DNA of 64,000 bases, taken from contig CAWDYW010000002.1 of NCBI GenBank assembly GCA_963806855.1, forward strand, positions 1-64,000, in the 5' to 3' direction. Below are positions 19,680 through 30,143 of this stretch, piece after piece (position 1 is the stretch's first letter; each line of letters opens with the position of its first letter). Origin of the DNA: an uncultured Verrucomicrobiae bacterium (GTDB taxonomy: Bacteria; Chlamydiota; Chlamydiia; Chlamydiales; Rhabdochlamydiaceae). The translations under genes and the position numbers were made by a program. The notes below the pieces were generated by a model that saw only the letters and a program-made list of their open reading frames with translations, ran no database searches and had not been told where the DNA came from.

Positions 19680-20102
19680 CTAGTGCCCTCTTTGCTTTTC
19701 TTTTTTCCTTTGCTGCTTCAATGCAAATTGTTCCTCTTTATAGGCTCGCTTCTCAGCGCTGCTTGCTTGCTTCTTTTGGAGCTTCTTCTTCTCTAGTTCT
19801 TCCCTCATATAATCTTGAGCAAAAGTCGATGGAGCGGCAGTTTCCTTTAAACGCTCCATCTCCCGTTTTACTTCTCTCTGTACTCGCTTTGGGTTCATCC
19901 GCTTAATTTCAAGAGTGAACTCTTTAGCCTCTCCGAATTTCAGCTCTTGGTAATGCTTTAAGACAAACTCATAGACCTCTGGATCGGAAGGCTCAGCACC
20001 AAAAATATGCCTTGCAACTGCATAGCCTCCCTTATCAGTTCGCTCGAAGGTACCTACCCAGTAACGTTTATCGAAAAAAATCGTAGCTTTAATATTGGAC
20101 AT
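19680..20102 (-). CDS. YjdF family (DUF2992) protein
   Basis: IFFDKRYWVGTFER, FGAEPSDPEVYEF, NPKRVQR, terminal KEKQRGH. Confidence 0.88.
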   Translation of the reverse strand: MSNIKATIFFDKRYWVGTFERTDKGGYAVARHIFGAEPSDPEVYEFVLKHYQELKFGEAKEFTLEIKRMNPKRVQREVKREMERLKETAAPSTFAQDYMREELEKKKLQKKQASSAEKRAYKEEQFALKQQRKKEKQRGH

Positions 20103-20112
20103 ATTATTCCTA

Positions 20113-20463
20113 TTACTTTTTCTCAAAGAGTCTGGCGTCAAAAATGAGCTCAAACTTTGAAATCAAATTACCCTGAAAAGTCATCAAAACTGCGGCTGCG
20201 AAAGTGCCGATAGGTGCTGGACATTCTAAATCGTACACGATCATCGCTTGATCTGCCGACCCAAACTTAGCGCGAATTGTGAGAGTTTTAAAAAAAGCGA
20301 TAAAATTCTTCGCAGCTTCTAATACTGCCTCTTTTCCACTATGCGTTGCTAAGGGGGCGACGAATAGAACATCAGGATGTAGATAGGATTTCATCCCCTC
20401 AATGTCTTTCTTCCCCATTTTTGTGTAATAGGCCTCGCCTATGCTCATGCAATTTTTGCTCAT
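20113..20463 (-). CDS. NTF2/SnoaL-like protein
   Basis: YLHPDVLFVAP, GKEAV, ELIFDARLF. Confidence 0.8.
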   Translation of the reverse strand: MSKNCMSIGEAYYTKMGKKDIEGMKSYLHPDVLFVAPLATHSGKEAVLEAAKNFIAFFKTLTIRAKFGSADQAMIVYDLECPAPIGTFAAAVLMTFQGNLISKFELIFDARLFEKK

Positions 20464-20614
20464 ATAAGCCTCCTTTTTTTGCATTTAACATTGATTATAG
20501 CAAACTATAACCAATGCGTCAAGCAGTCAAAAAAAGTTTGTCAAGTCGAACCTTACTCTCTTATATATCGGCATTTAGAAGAGATTTGACAGTATGGGAG
20601 TTTGGCAGAGATCA

Positions 20615-21796
20615 TCATCGCTTCGCGATAATGGAGATCTCTTGGCAAAACCGGTCGATCTCCTCTTCGGTATTATAGAAATGCACCGAGGCCCGAACGA
20701 GGCTGTTTAAACCCCGCTCTTCTAAATCGAGCCGTGCATATTCGGCGAGCGAGACAGAGGTGTTGATCTTTTTCTGGCGTAGCTCTTGAGAAATGGCTCC
20801 GGCCTCTTTCCCCTCTATCGTAAAGGTGACAATGCCGCATTTCTGTTTTCCCAAATCGCGTACGGTCACTTTTGGAATTGATGAGAGCTTTGCACGCAAG
20901 GATGTGGAAAGGGCGACGATCCGCTGCCAAATATTCTCCATCCCCCATGAGTTCGCATATTCGATCGCAGTCTTGAGGCCGATCATATTGGAGTAATTGC
21001 GCTCCCACGTTTCAAAGCGGGTGGCATCTGGATTAATGCGGTACTGGTTTAAGCCGACCCATGGCGCAGCAAGGAGATCGAGAAAAGGGGGCTCAAGCTG
21101 ATCGACTCTCGCTTGCTTGATGTAGAGAAAACCTGTTCCACGGGGGCCGCGAAGATATTTCCTCCCAGTTGCGCAGAGAGCATCGCAATGGAGCTTGTTC
21201 ACATCGATCGGCATCTGTCCTACCGATTGAGTTGCATCGAGAAGATAGAAAATCCCATGCTTTTTGGCGATTTCACCTACAGCCTCTGCAGGATTGACCA
21301 GTCCTCCTTGGGTTGGGACATGGGTGATCGCGATGAGCTTGACACGAGGATCGATCATCTCCTTTAAGGCCGTGAGGGAAAGCTGCCCATATTCGTCATC
21401 TGGGATCACCTCGACGATAGCGCCGGTTTTTTTGGCGATTTGGAGAAAGGCGATGTAGTTGCTCGCATACTCGGCTCTAGCAGTCAGGATGCGGTCGCCC
21501 GGCTTAAAAGAGAGGGAATAGAAGACCATATCCCAAGCGCGGGTTGCATTCTCGAGGTAGGCGATCTCTTGGGTGGTGCAGTGGATGAGCTGTGCGGCAG
21601 CGTCATAAAATTGTTTGATACTCTTTTCCGCCGCATCTGCAGCTTCGTAGCCGCCAATTTCAGTTTCTAATTGAAAGTGGCCATTTACCGCCTCGATGAC
21701 CGGGCGGGGGAGCAAAGCTGCGCCAGCATTGTTAAAATGGAGGACTTTTGAGCAGCCTGGGGTCTCATTTCTAGCTTTAATAATGTCTATAGTCAT
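20615..21796 (-). CDS. Aminotransferase class V PLP enzyme (cysteine desulfurase/C-S lyase-like)
   Basis: HFNNAGAA, DATQSVGQ, ATGRKYLRGPRGTG, RASVHFYN. Confidence 0.92.
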   Translation of the reverse strand: MTIDIIKARNETPGCSKVLHFNNAGAALLPRPVIEAVNGHFQLETEIGGYEAADAAEKSIKQFYDAAAQLIHCTTQEIAYLENATRAWDMVFYSLSFKPGDRILTARAEYASNYIAFLQIAKKTGAIVEVIPDDEYGQLSLTALKEMIDPRVKLIAITHVPTQGGLVNPAEAVGEIAKKHGIFYLLDATQSVGQMPIDVNKLHCDALCATGRKYLRGPRGTGFLYIKQARVDQLEPPFLDLLAAPWVGLNQYRINPDATRFETWERNYSNMIGLKTAIEYANSWGMENIWQRIVALSTSLRAKLSSIPKVTVRDLGKQKCGIVTFTIEGKEAGAISQELRQKKINTSVSLAEYARLDLEERGLNSLVRASVHFYNTEEEIDRFCQEISIIAKR

Positions 21797-21799
21797 TTT

Positions 21800-24700
21800 T
21801 CACCAACTGAGTTCAATGCCAGCAAGGAAGCCAAATTCCTGAGCATGGTTCCATGTTTCTCCAGAGCCTTGCAGATAGGCGCGCCAGCAGTCACAGAAAT
21901 CGGTCGAGAAGGTGATGGCGTAGTCGACGCTATTGCGGCTCAGTTTGACTCCTTTAATGTCGAAGGGGGTGCCAAAGGAATTAAACCGTTCGTGGGCTTT
22001 GTTATTGCCATTGGTGAGCCGCCCATTCCAAGCGAGATCGACGCTGATGTCAATATCGCCAGGAATTTGACAGGTATTTGTGAAGTGGCCGCCGACCCGC
22101 AGGATGGTTGAGGTGCGCTCTCTTTCTCGCACGGCAAGTCCCCATCCGTTGGGGTTGTGTTCTCTGACCCGGCGACGATGATAGTGGTTTGTTTCGACGC
22201 CGATAAAGGGCTGCAGGAGGAGATTGCAGGCGCAAAAGTCGAGGCCAAGCTCGCCATAGAAGGTGAATTGGTGGGTGTTGGGCTCACTTGTGGCGATGGA
22301 ACGGAGGCCCCCGAGGTTGATGCGGCGGCGCAAGGTATTTGAGCTATAGCCATAGGCGAAATCGAGTAGCCCGTAGAAGCAAGAAGGGCGGTAGAGTCCG
22401 TAGGCCCCGACAAGCCAGGTTTTGCTCTGGCCCGATCCGCCCTGTTCTTTAAAATGGAAATGTTCGTAGTCAAATGATCCGGCGACACCTAATGTGAAAT
22501 CTTGGCAGAAAGTATCTTGCAATCCTAGCGTGAGTTCAAGTCCATTTAAGCTTAAGCCGTGGGCATTTCGATTGCCAGAAATGTGGGTGTGAGAACCTCC
22601 ACCTTCAAGCCAAATCGAGAAGGTATTGCAGCAGCATGGGTCGCAGCAGCAATCAGGCAATCGTGTGACAATGAAGCGCAGAGGGTCATAGAGGCGGCGA
22701 ATGAATTGTCTGTTGACGTGCCGGTTGTCAGAAAGTCAAAGGTGTGCTGGTATCCTGATAGGCTCGTCAGTGCTTCCCGGGCAGCTGGTGTAGGAAGGCT
22801 GACAATCGAATTAAGAAGCAGCAGCTGTTGGGCATTGGGATTCGTTATGTTATCAAGTTGTTGGGCGACTGCCTGTTGATTGCTGGTGATAGCAGCGCCG
22901 GCTATGTTAGCGGTTAAGGTTAAAAAGACATGCTGTGGATCGTAGGTGAGGGTCGGGATGACCAAAGCGGCAGTAGAGGCTCCGGTAAAGGTGCCTGTGA
23001 CACTTGCAGCCTGTAGAATGGTATAGGGTTGAAATACTAGGAATGTTCCGTCGACAGAAGAGACAACGACTTGCCCTCCATTTAAGGTCGCTGCGCCACC
23101 GACCGAAATTAAATCGCTTTGGCCTGCGCCATTCACCTCGACGTCATAGGTGCCACCATTATTTGTGAAGGTCGATAAGAAGGTGAGGGTGCCGATGCTC
23201 TGCCCCGGAGAGATTGTCCCGGTGTTGACCACGGCGCCAGCTACGCTACCTGTCCCTTTTAATGTCCCCAATGAGGTAATTTGTAGTGGGCCAGCGAGAG
23301 ATCCATTGAGCACAAACGTTCCCCCTTGGACGGTGGTTTGGCCTGTGAATGTATTATTGCCCGAGAGGGTTTGTGTCCCAGGACCAGCTTTGACAAGGCT
23401 CATCGGAATGCCCATAAAGTCATACATAGTGCCGGCAAAGAGGGCGCTGACTCCATCGTCGGTATTAATATTCAGCCCCTCATCGCAGGTCGCTGTACTT
23501 GGTGCGTCCCCATTGAGCGCCCCGATTGTGAAAGGAGTTGAGATAGTGGAGTTCGTTGCAAGTAGAGAAGAATTTTGTAGAATGATGTTAATATCCCCAC
23601 CAACAGAAGCGTTGATACCAATACCATTTCCAATTGACCCGGTATTAATCGCTTCAAATATTGCTTTACCGGTTAATGTAAAAGGAGACTGGAAGTACAT
23701 TTGGTTCCCGACCAAGCCATCGTTGCTATTTGTCACAGAGAGATATGTGCCATTACTGAAGTTGCAAGATCCCAAGAAGATCAATTGGTTAATCGACTGT
23801 CCTACGTTGGGAACTTGATTGGGATTAATTGCATTGTTAGTGACGGTAATAGATAAATTTTCCCCTGCTGTAAAGGTGCCTGCAACTAAAAATTGATCCT
23901 GAGTTGATCCTATGAGGCAAGTTTGATCGGTCCCAGTATAGCTTCCGCTATTTGAAACGGCGATGGTAGCATTATTGCCGAGGTTAACATCCGAAGCGAA
24001 ATAGGCTTCATAGCCATTCGTCATCGACCCGACAACATTGCTTGTCCCTGAGCTGGTATCGACCCCAGAATTTGAGACTGTGAAATTGAATTGATCACCT
24101 GCCGTAAAGGTTCCATCTGCTTCAAATAGAAACCGGACGGAAGAGCCGACAATCGTTCCACTTCCTTGACTATTCGACCCACTGTTGGTGACTGAAATCG
24201 TCGCATTGTCTAATGCAGTGAAAGTGTCCCCAAAATGAAGGAGGTCATTTTCGACAAAGCCAATAGCGGAGTTGTTGGGGCCTGTGTTAACTCCATTATT
24301 TGTCAAAGTGATAGTCAAATTATTCCCAGCGGAGAAGGGGCCGCAGACAAATTGATCGGCGGAGATCACGCCGGTAGAGCTGTTTTGTCCACTGCTGCTA
24401 TTGATTCCGCTGTTCGAGACGGTGATTGAGGCATTATTGCCGACTGTGAATTCCCCATCGATTTCAACCTGAGAGGAACCCACGATCCCTGTACTATTCC
24501 CTCCTGGTCCCACACTGGTGTCGGTGCCGGTATTGGTCACACTTATTAAAAGCGAATCGCCAGCGATGAGGGGACTAGAAAAAACGGCTTGATTACCAAT
24601 CCCAGCTAGGTTGTTATTCCCAGATCCTGTTGAATTATCCATTCCTTGATTGGTGAAGGAAAGAGAGCCGCCCGATGACATCGTAAACGGCTTAGCAGAG

Positions 24701-25203
24701 TTTAATTGAGCAGCTGAGAGATTAGAAAGTGAGCTTCCACTACTTGCTCCCGAGGCAGTGCCACTATTGAGAAAAGAGATTGAGGCAGCTCCTCCGGAAG
24801 AAACTAATGGTCCATCGAAATTTGCCTGATTGACGAGAGGGGTAGAATTATCGATATTACTGAATGCAATCGTCGTATTTGTTTGAGCTCCTTGAATTCC
24901 GATTCCGGAAAAGGTGAGGCTGCAGTTATTAAACGCAAAGGAGAAAGGAGCGGCGCTATTGATGAAATCGAGCGATAGCACAGTAAAGTTCGCATTAGCG
25001 GTGGGATTCGTGGCGATATTTCCAATCGAGCTATCGAACAGGGCGTCATCAGTGTTTCCCGGCACCTGAGTAGGGAGCCAATTGGCCGCTGTATTTAGAT
25101 CATTTGCCGGAGAAGTCGCATTCCACGTGATCTCGGATGCAACAAGGATCTGAGAACACAAGAGAGCAAAAATCATGCTCCTTTTTCCAAGCCTCTGGGC
25201 CAT
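21800..25203 (-). CDS. Autotransporter (about 1130 aa) with repetitive beta-helical passenger; split by a 1-nt frameshift near 22715
   Basis: Signal peptide; S/T/N/G-rich repeats; KAGPGTQTLSGNNTFTG strand repeat; ISPGQSIGTL; frame switch gives VNRQFIRRLYDP then beta-barrel ending ELSW. Confidence 0.88.
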
Positions 25204-25300
25204 AAAACTCACTCCTTTTTGTTGCAACAGTAACATGACAAATCATTTTTTGGGTAATGGGTTCTTTTCATATCACCAAAGACATGCTATAATCTACCCC

Positions 25301-26188
25301 ATGATTATTTTCCCTGACCTTCTATCTATTTCCGACAAATTCGAGGGCATTTTGCTCGATGCCTATGGGGTGTTTTGGGGTGGGAATGCCTATGGATTAC
25401 TGCCTGGTTCTAAAGAGGTGATGGAAGAATTGGTCGCCAGCGGCAAAATCGTCGGAGTCCTTTCTAACTCGACCCAATTGGCTGCCAAAGAAACCGAAAA
25501 ACTACAAAAACATGGCCTGATTCAAGGAAAACATTACCATTTTTTCATTACTTCCGGCGAGGTGATACGCCATCTTTTTTTGCATGACAGATTGCCTTTC
25601 CCGACCCCCAGAAATTCCTACTGGCTATTTAGCGGCGTCCATCCAAAATATTCTTCACATGAGCTCCTTTTTCACGGGACACCCTATCGAGAAACTGCTG
25701 CGATCGAGGAGGCCGATTTCATTTATCTCTCAGTTCCCCATTTAAGCGGCGAAGATCAGACAAATCCAGAACTGTTCCGCCCCCAAGTGGAAAAAATTTG
25801 CTCAAGAAACCTCCCGATGGTATGTCCCAACCCAGACCTCTTTGCTCATGAGGGGACCCCTCCTAAAGCGGTCGTGAGACAGGGAAGCATTGCGAAAATC
25901 TATGAAGAGATGGGCGGGCAGGTGATCTATATTGGGAAACCGGATCAGCGAGCGTATCGATTTGCTTTAGATCAATTCCGCATTTGGAAAATCAACAAAG
26001 AAAACATCCTCATGGTTGGCGATACTCCCGAAACAGATATTCGGGGCGCCCGCCGATTCGGAATGCCCTCTGCGCTCATTACGCAAACGGGGATGATGGC
26101 AGAGCGGATCGCGCACGACTTGCCTCCAGAGGATACTCCAGATTATTTTATCGAAAGGTTAGGACATGGAATTCACACTACACACTAA
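25301..26188 (+). CDS. HAD-IIA family hydrolase (start MIIFPD)
   Basis: LLDAYGV, LSNS, CPNPD, IGKP, MVGDTPETDIRGA. Confidence 0.92.
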   Translation: MIIFPDLLSISDKFEGILLDAYGVFWGGNAYGLLPGSKEVMEELVASGKIVGVLSNSTQLAAKETEKLQKHGLIQGKHYHFFITSGEVIRHLFLHDRLPFPTPRNSYWLFSGVHPKYSSHELLFHGTPYRETAAIEEADFIYLSVPHLSGEDQTNPELFRPQVEKICSRNLPMVCPNPDLFAHEGTPPKAVVRQGSIAKIYEEMGGQVIYIGKPDQRAYRFALDQFRIWKINKENILMVGDTPETDIRGARRFGMPSALITQTGMMAERIAHDLPPEDTPDYFIERLGHGIHTTH

Positions 26189-26576
26189 TTTGCAGAAGAA
26201 ATTGTTTGTCGCCGACTTGCCTCTCTGTAGAGTCCTGCTCGAAGATGATCGGCATTATCCCTGGCTTTTCCTAGTGCCCAGAAGAGCCAACATTTCGCGG
26301 ATCATGGATTTGGCGCCGCAGGATCAATTGCAGCTACTCCAAGAGCTAGATTTTGCCCAGAAAGTGATGTGGGAGCAATTCCAACCAACCCAAATCAACG
26401 TTGCCGCCATTGGGAATAAAACGCCCCAGCTCCACGTCCATGTGATCGCCCGCTATGAAAACGATCCTGCCTGGCCCCATACGATCTGGGACCATCCCAT
26501 TCGGGAAAAGTGCGATGAAGGGCTAAGAAATTCCCGACTCCAAACTCTGAAAGAGTTATTTAAATATGAAATCTAA
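26166..26576 (+). CDS. HIT family protein
   Basis: YPWLFLVPRR, INVAAIGNKTPQLHVHVIAR. Confidence 0.92.
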   Translation: MEFTLHTNLQKKLFVADLPLCRVLLEDDRHYPWLFLVPRRANISRIMDLAPQDQLQLLQELDFAQKVMWEQFQPTQINVAAIGNKTPQLHVHVIARYENDPAWPHTIWDHPIREKCDEGLRNSRLQTLKELFKYEI

Positions 26577-27243
26577 ACTATTGCTAGTCATCACACTTCT
26601 CTTTTTATCTCCTGGTTTTGCCCATTGGGAGGCCTGGGATTCACCTGAGGGAATTTCTCGATTGGAAAGCAGCGAGGCCAAGGAGAACTTCTGGAAGCTG
26701 GTTCGATTTTATGAATCGCAAATGCATCCCGCCTATTGTAGTGTCGCATCCTCAGTTATCGCTCTCAATGCCCTTTCGGTCGAAGCGCCAAAATCTAAGA
26801 TTTTCGGCAAGTATCGGATGTTTACCCAAGCCGAATTCTTTTCCGAAGAGGTGAGTGCGATTATCGAGCAAAGCGAAGTGGCGCAGCGGGGGATGTCCTT
26901 AGAGGATCTAACGCAGGTATTAAAAAAGTTCCCCGTTCAAGTTCATTCCTATGAAGCGCAATCCCTATCTCTCGATGAAATTCGACAGCTATTGATCACT
27001 GCCCTAAAGAATCCGAATCAATCCGTTTTGGCGCTCTATCAACGGAGAGAATTGAATCAAGAGGGAGGCGGGCATTGGTCGCCGGTCGCCGCCTATGACG
27101 AACGGACCGATTCGCTGTTAATCTTAGATGTGGCGAAATTTAAATATCCGCCGATTTGGGTCGACGCGCCTACCTTTATCCAGTCGATGCAAACGACCAA
27201 TATAGATGGAAAATCGCGTGGCGTGATCATTCTTGAAAAGTAA
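26566..27243 (+). CDS. Phytochelatin synthase family (papain-like), probably exported
   Basis: Q...AYCSVAS (Cys), GGGHWSPVAAYD (His), LILDVA (Asp), YPPIWV, SRG; signal peptide. Confidence 0.9.
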   Translation: MKSKLLLVITLLFLSPGFAHWEAWDSPEGISRLESSEAKENFWKLVRFYESQMHPAYCSVASSVIALNALSVEAPKSKIFGKYRMFTQAEFFSEEVSAIIEQSEVAQRGMSLEDLTQVLKKFPVQVHSYEAQSLSLDEIRQLLITALKNPNQSVLALYQRRELNQEGGGHWSPVAAYDERTDSLLILDVAKFKYPPIWVDAPTFIQSMQTTNIDGKSRGVIILEK

Positions 27244-27245
27244 AT

Positions 27246-27770
27246 TCAGACGAACTCGTATTTTAGCTGAGCGAGGCCACTTGGGTATGACTGAGAGCTA
27301 AGCAAGCGGCAGGAGATCTCTTTATCGACGAGACTAAATAGGGGAATACCTTCTCCTAGAATGACCGGGATAATCGATAAAATCATCGTGTCGACCACTT
27401 GCAGCGATAGAAATTGAGAGAGGGTGGTCCCGCCATCAACCCAGATATGTTTAATTCCCTCGCGATGCAGTTTTGCAATCAATGAGGACAAATCCCCTCG
27501 ATACAGCTCCATCCCTTCTTTTACTGAAGTTAGACTGTTACTAAGGACGATCACTCTCTTTCCCGGATAGGGATCAGAAACAGTAGTCGCAATATCATAC
27601 GTTTTGCGCCCGATAATCAGGGAGTCGATACTATTTAAGAACTTTTGCATGCCATAGTCTTCATCAAAGCCCCCCACTCGATCAAGCCAATCGAGAGTGT
27701 GATCTTTGCGAGCAATATAGCCGTCAATGCTCATGGCAATATAAATAGAAATTTTAGGTCTGTTCATCAT
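27246..27770 (-). CDS. Dihydrofolate reductase / RibD C-terminal family protein
   Basis: YIAMSIDGYIA, GRKTY, VDGG, PVILGEGIPLF. Confidence 0.92.
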   Translation of the reverse strand: MMNRPKISIYIAMSIDGYIARKDHTLDWLDRVGGFDEDYGMQKFLNSIDSLIIGRKTYDIATTVSDPYPGKRVIVLSNSLTSVKEGMELYRGDLSSLIAKLHREGIKHIWVDGGTTLSQFLSLQVVDTMILSIIPVILGEGIPLFSLVDKEISCRLLSSQSYPSGLAQLKYEFV

Positions 27771-28228
27771 TCCCTTATTGGGGTTAATTTTTGAAAAATT
27801 TCGATCAATTGGCGCTGCTCTTTTTCTGACAGGGGATTGAAGAAAAGAGCATCAGCTTTTTCGACTGCAGGCAGGGCTTCCTTTAGGAGTTTTGATCCAG
27901 CCGGGGTTAATGAAACGTTTTTTGCCCGCCCATCGGAGGATTGAGCTCTTTGGATCAATCCCTTTTGCTCCAGCCCTTTGATGATTTGAGAGTTGGTGTT
28001 GGGGTCTAAGCCGGCCATTTTCCCGATCGCCACTTGGGTGACAAGATCCCCATTTCGTGTCAGCCAGCCTGAAGTGGCGAGCACAACAAACTGGGGATGG
28101 GTCAAGCCGAGCGGTTTGAGGACTGCTTCAATCGAGCTTCGCCACGAGGTGCTAATGTGCCACAAGAGAAACCCGGGGCTCTTTTTAGGGGTATCGTGGA
28201 CGCTGAGTTTCTTAAAGTCGAGTTCCAT
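27767..28228 (-). CDS. MarR family regulator
   Basis: SPGFLLW, LGLTHPQFVVL, LEQKGLIQR..DGRAK. Confidence 0.92.
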   Translation of the reverse strand: MELDFKKLSVHDTPKKSPGFLLWHISTSWRSSIEAVLKPLGLTHPQFVVLATSGWLTRNGDLVTQVAIGKMAGLDPNTNSQIIKGLEQKGLIQRAQSSDGRAKNVSLTPAGSKLLKEALPAVEKADALFFNPLSEKEQRQLIEIFQKLTPIRE

Positions 28229-28646
28229 CTAGAGTACTCCCATCGTTTTTGCAATCAGCTCAAAATCTGACCGGGCAATTTCGAATGAGCCTCTTCGGAA
28301 AGGGAAGCCCCATTTCTTCTTGTTGGCGATGAAGGTCAGCTCGTCAAGCAGAGGCTCTATGGGAACTTCCTTTGTTTTGATGAAGGTGACATTTCTGCGC
28401 CAGGGAATAAAATCTTTGCTCATCTCAAACAGATAGGGTTCCCCAGCATCAATTGTTCCGATGGCAGTAAAGCAGCGGCAGGCATCCTTTTCCCCAAAAG
28501 TATAGGTAGGGGAGTAGTAGATGAGCCAATCACCCTCTGACATCGATTTTAGGGTCCCGATTTTTCCATGGCAGACCTGTGCAAACCCACCCTGGATTCC
28601 TTTTTGAACATGCTCGCACGAAGCAACTCCGATCCAATATCTTCAT
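28229..28646 (-). CDS. EVE domain protein; one extra base directly after the ATG
   Basis: In-frame RYWIGVASCEHVQKGIQGGFAQVCHGK upstream of the listed ORF, GDWLIYYSP, WGFPFRRG; ATG at 28646 overlaps the upstream TGA. Confidence 0.85.
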
Positions 28647-29017
28647 CGATTCTCCTCCTGAAGTTTGTAGGCTCGAATGCGATGCCCATCGGGATCTAGA
28701 ATGACAAACGTGCGGCCAAAGTCCATATCGGTGGGCTTTTGGGCAACGGTCACTCGTTTTTTGCCCCATTGCTCATAGAGTACGTCGACATCATCAGTGG
28801 GAAAGCCAATTTCCAAAGCCCCCGGGGAAGCTTCTACGCGGGGTTCAGCTGTATATTTGGACCAGAGGCCGAGCATCACCCCATTTTTGAGGGCAAACAT
28901 GGCAAAGGTGGGCGATTCTTCGATCGGTGTGAGTCCAAAAATGTCTTGATAAAAGAGGCTGCTTTTCTGCGGGTTTGCGACGAAAAGTAGGATAAGGCCT
29001 AGGGAAGGTGTGAACAT
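28643..29017 (-). CDS. VOC/glyoxalase family protein (EhpR-like)
   Basis: SPTFAMF, LGLWS, MDFGRTFVILDPDGHRIR. Confidence 0.9.
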   Translation of the reverse strand: MFTPSLGLILLFVANPQKSSLFYQDIFGLTPIEESPTFAMFALKNGVMLGLWSKYTAEPRVEASPGALEIGFPTDDVDVLYEQWGKKRVTVAQKPTDMDFGRTFVILDPDGHRIRAYKLQEENR

Positions 29018-29046
29018 AGGGAGCTCCTTTTGGGTTATTTTGCTAT

Positions 29047-29123
29047 ATAATACGTATGCGTACTATTTTTGTCAAGTTGACTGGAAAATGAGCTTCGGAT
29101 TATGATACCTAATCATTAGGTAT
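29047..29123. promoter_or_regulatory. Back-to-back promoters with candidate MarR and PadR operators
   Basis: Minus strand ttgaca (29070-29075)/17 nt/tattat (29047-29052) spanning palindrome tacg-tatg-cgta; plus strand ttgact (29077)/tatgat (29101) followed by perfect atacctaat-c-attaggtat (29105-29123). Confidence 0.7.
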
Positions 29124-29128
29124 TTTTT

Positions 29129-29659
29129 ATGGCAAAAGAGAAAAAAACCAAGTTTGTGATTTTAGGCTTCCTATTAACCGACTCTCTTTCTGGTTATGAA
29201 ATTGGAGAAAGGATTAAGCAATCGACCAATAATTTTTGGCACGAGTCGGATGCCTCCATCTACCCAACGCTCAAGCTCCTTGCAAAAGAGGGGCTGGTCT
29301 CGTCAGAAACTGTCTATGTTGGCAAGAGGAAGAAGGGGATTTTTTCTATCACCGATGAAGGAAAAAAGGTCTTCTTAGAATGGTTTAAAAGATCTCCCGA
29401 TCGGGACTTGCATCGAGAAGAGTTCTTATTGAAACTCTTTTTTACAGATGTAAGAACCGAAAAGCAAATGCAGCAACACTGCGATGAAAGGCTTAAGAGT
29501 TTGAAAAAGCTGCGTGAAAAATACAAAGAGCTCGAGGGGTTCCTAATGAAGGAATTACCCGAGAAAACTTATTGGCTTAAAACGCTGCGCGTTGGACTTG
29601 CCCATTTAGAATTAGATATTTCATTATTAGGAGAAATGTATGTTACAAAACATCGATAA
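29129..29659 (+). CDS. PadR family regulator
   Basis: ILGFL..SGYEI, FWHESDASIYPTL, FSITDEGK, EFLLKLFF. Confidence 0.92.
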   Translation: MAKEKKTKFVILGFLLTDSLSGYEIGERIKQSTNNFWHESDASIYPTLKLLAKEGLVSSETVYVGKRKKGIFSITDEGKKVFLEWFKRSPDRDLHREEFLLKLFFTDVRTEKQMQQHCDERLKSLKKLREKYKELEGFLMKELPEKTYWLKTLRVGLAHLELDISLLGEMYVTKHR

Positions 29660-30143
29660 AGTCCCCGTATACGTGTGGCCTCTATTTGCCATCCTTTTAA
29701 TTTCAGGACTAAGAGCTAGGAAGACCGGGATGATCCCTTTGACGCTGCTGCTTTTGATTCCTGCAGTTTTTTTCGGATGGTCTGTTTACACATTTTTTAG
29801 CAGATATATTTCTGATCCGATCGCGATCTGTCTGTGGACTCTTTGCGATGGAGCAGGATTCATGCTTGGATTTTTCTATACACAGCGACTCAAGCTCCGC
29901 TTTGATAAGGAAAATCGGAAAGTGGAAATGCCTGGTAGTTGGCTTCCGCTGATCCTCTCGATGTCGATTTTCAGCGCTAAGTTTGCTAGTGGGATGATGA
30001 GAGCTATGTTGCCCCATCTTGAAGGGTCAATAGGGTTGCTTGCGCTTGAGCTCTTCTCAATCTTTATCGTGGGGATTTTTACCGGACGAGGAGTTGGGTG
30101 TTTAGCAAAATATAGATCAACTAGTCAGACACTTGAGCGCTAG
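29640..30143 (+). CDS. Small membrane protein (DUF6622-like)
   Basis: PVYVWPLF, MPGSWLPLIL, GIFTGR; about five TM. Confidence 0.7.
   Translation: MLQNIDKVPVYVWPLFAILLISGLRARKTGMIPLTLLLLIPAVFFGWSVYTFFSRYISDPIAICLWTLCDGAGFMLGFFYTQRLKLRFDKENRKVEMPGSWLPLILSMSIFSAKFASGMMRAMLPHLEGSIGLLALELFSIFIVGIFTGRGVGCLAKYRSTSQTLER

Noticed and set aside
20103..20610. yjdF riboswitch upstream of the YjdF-family gene
   Set aside because: The gene starts 10 bp after the SnoaL-like gene and I could not recognise the motif further upstream.
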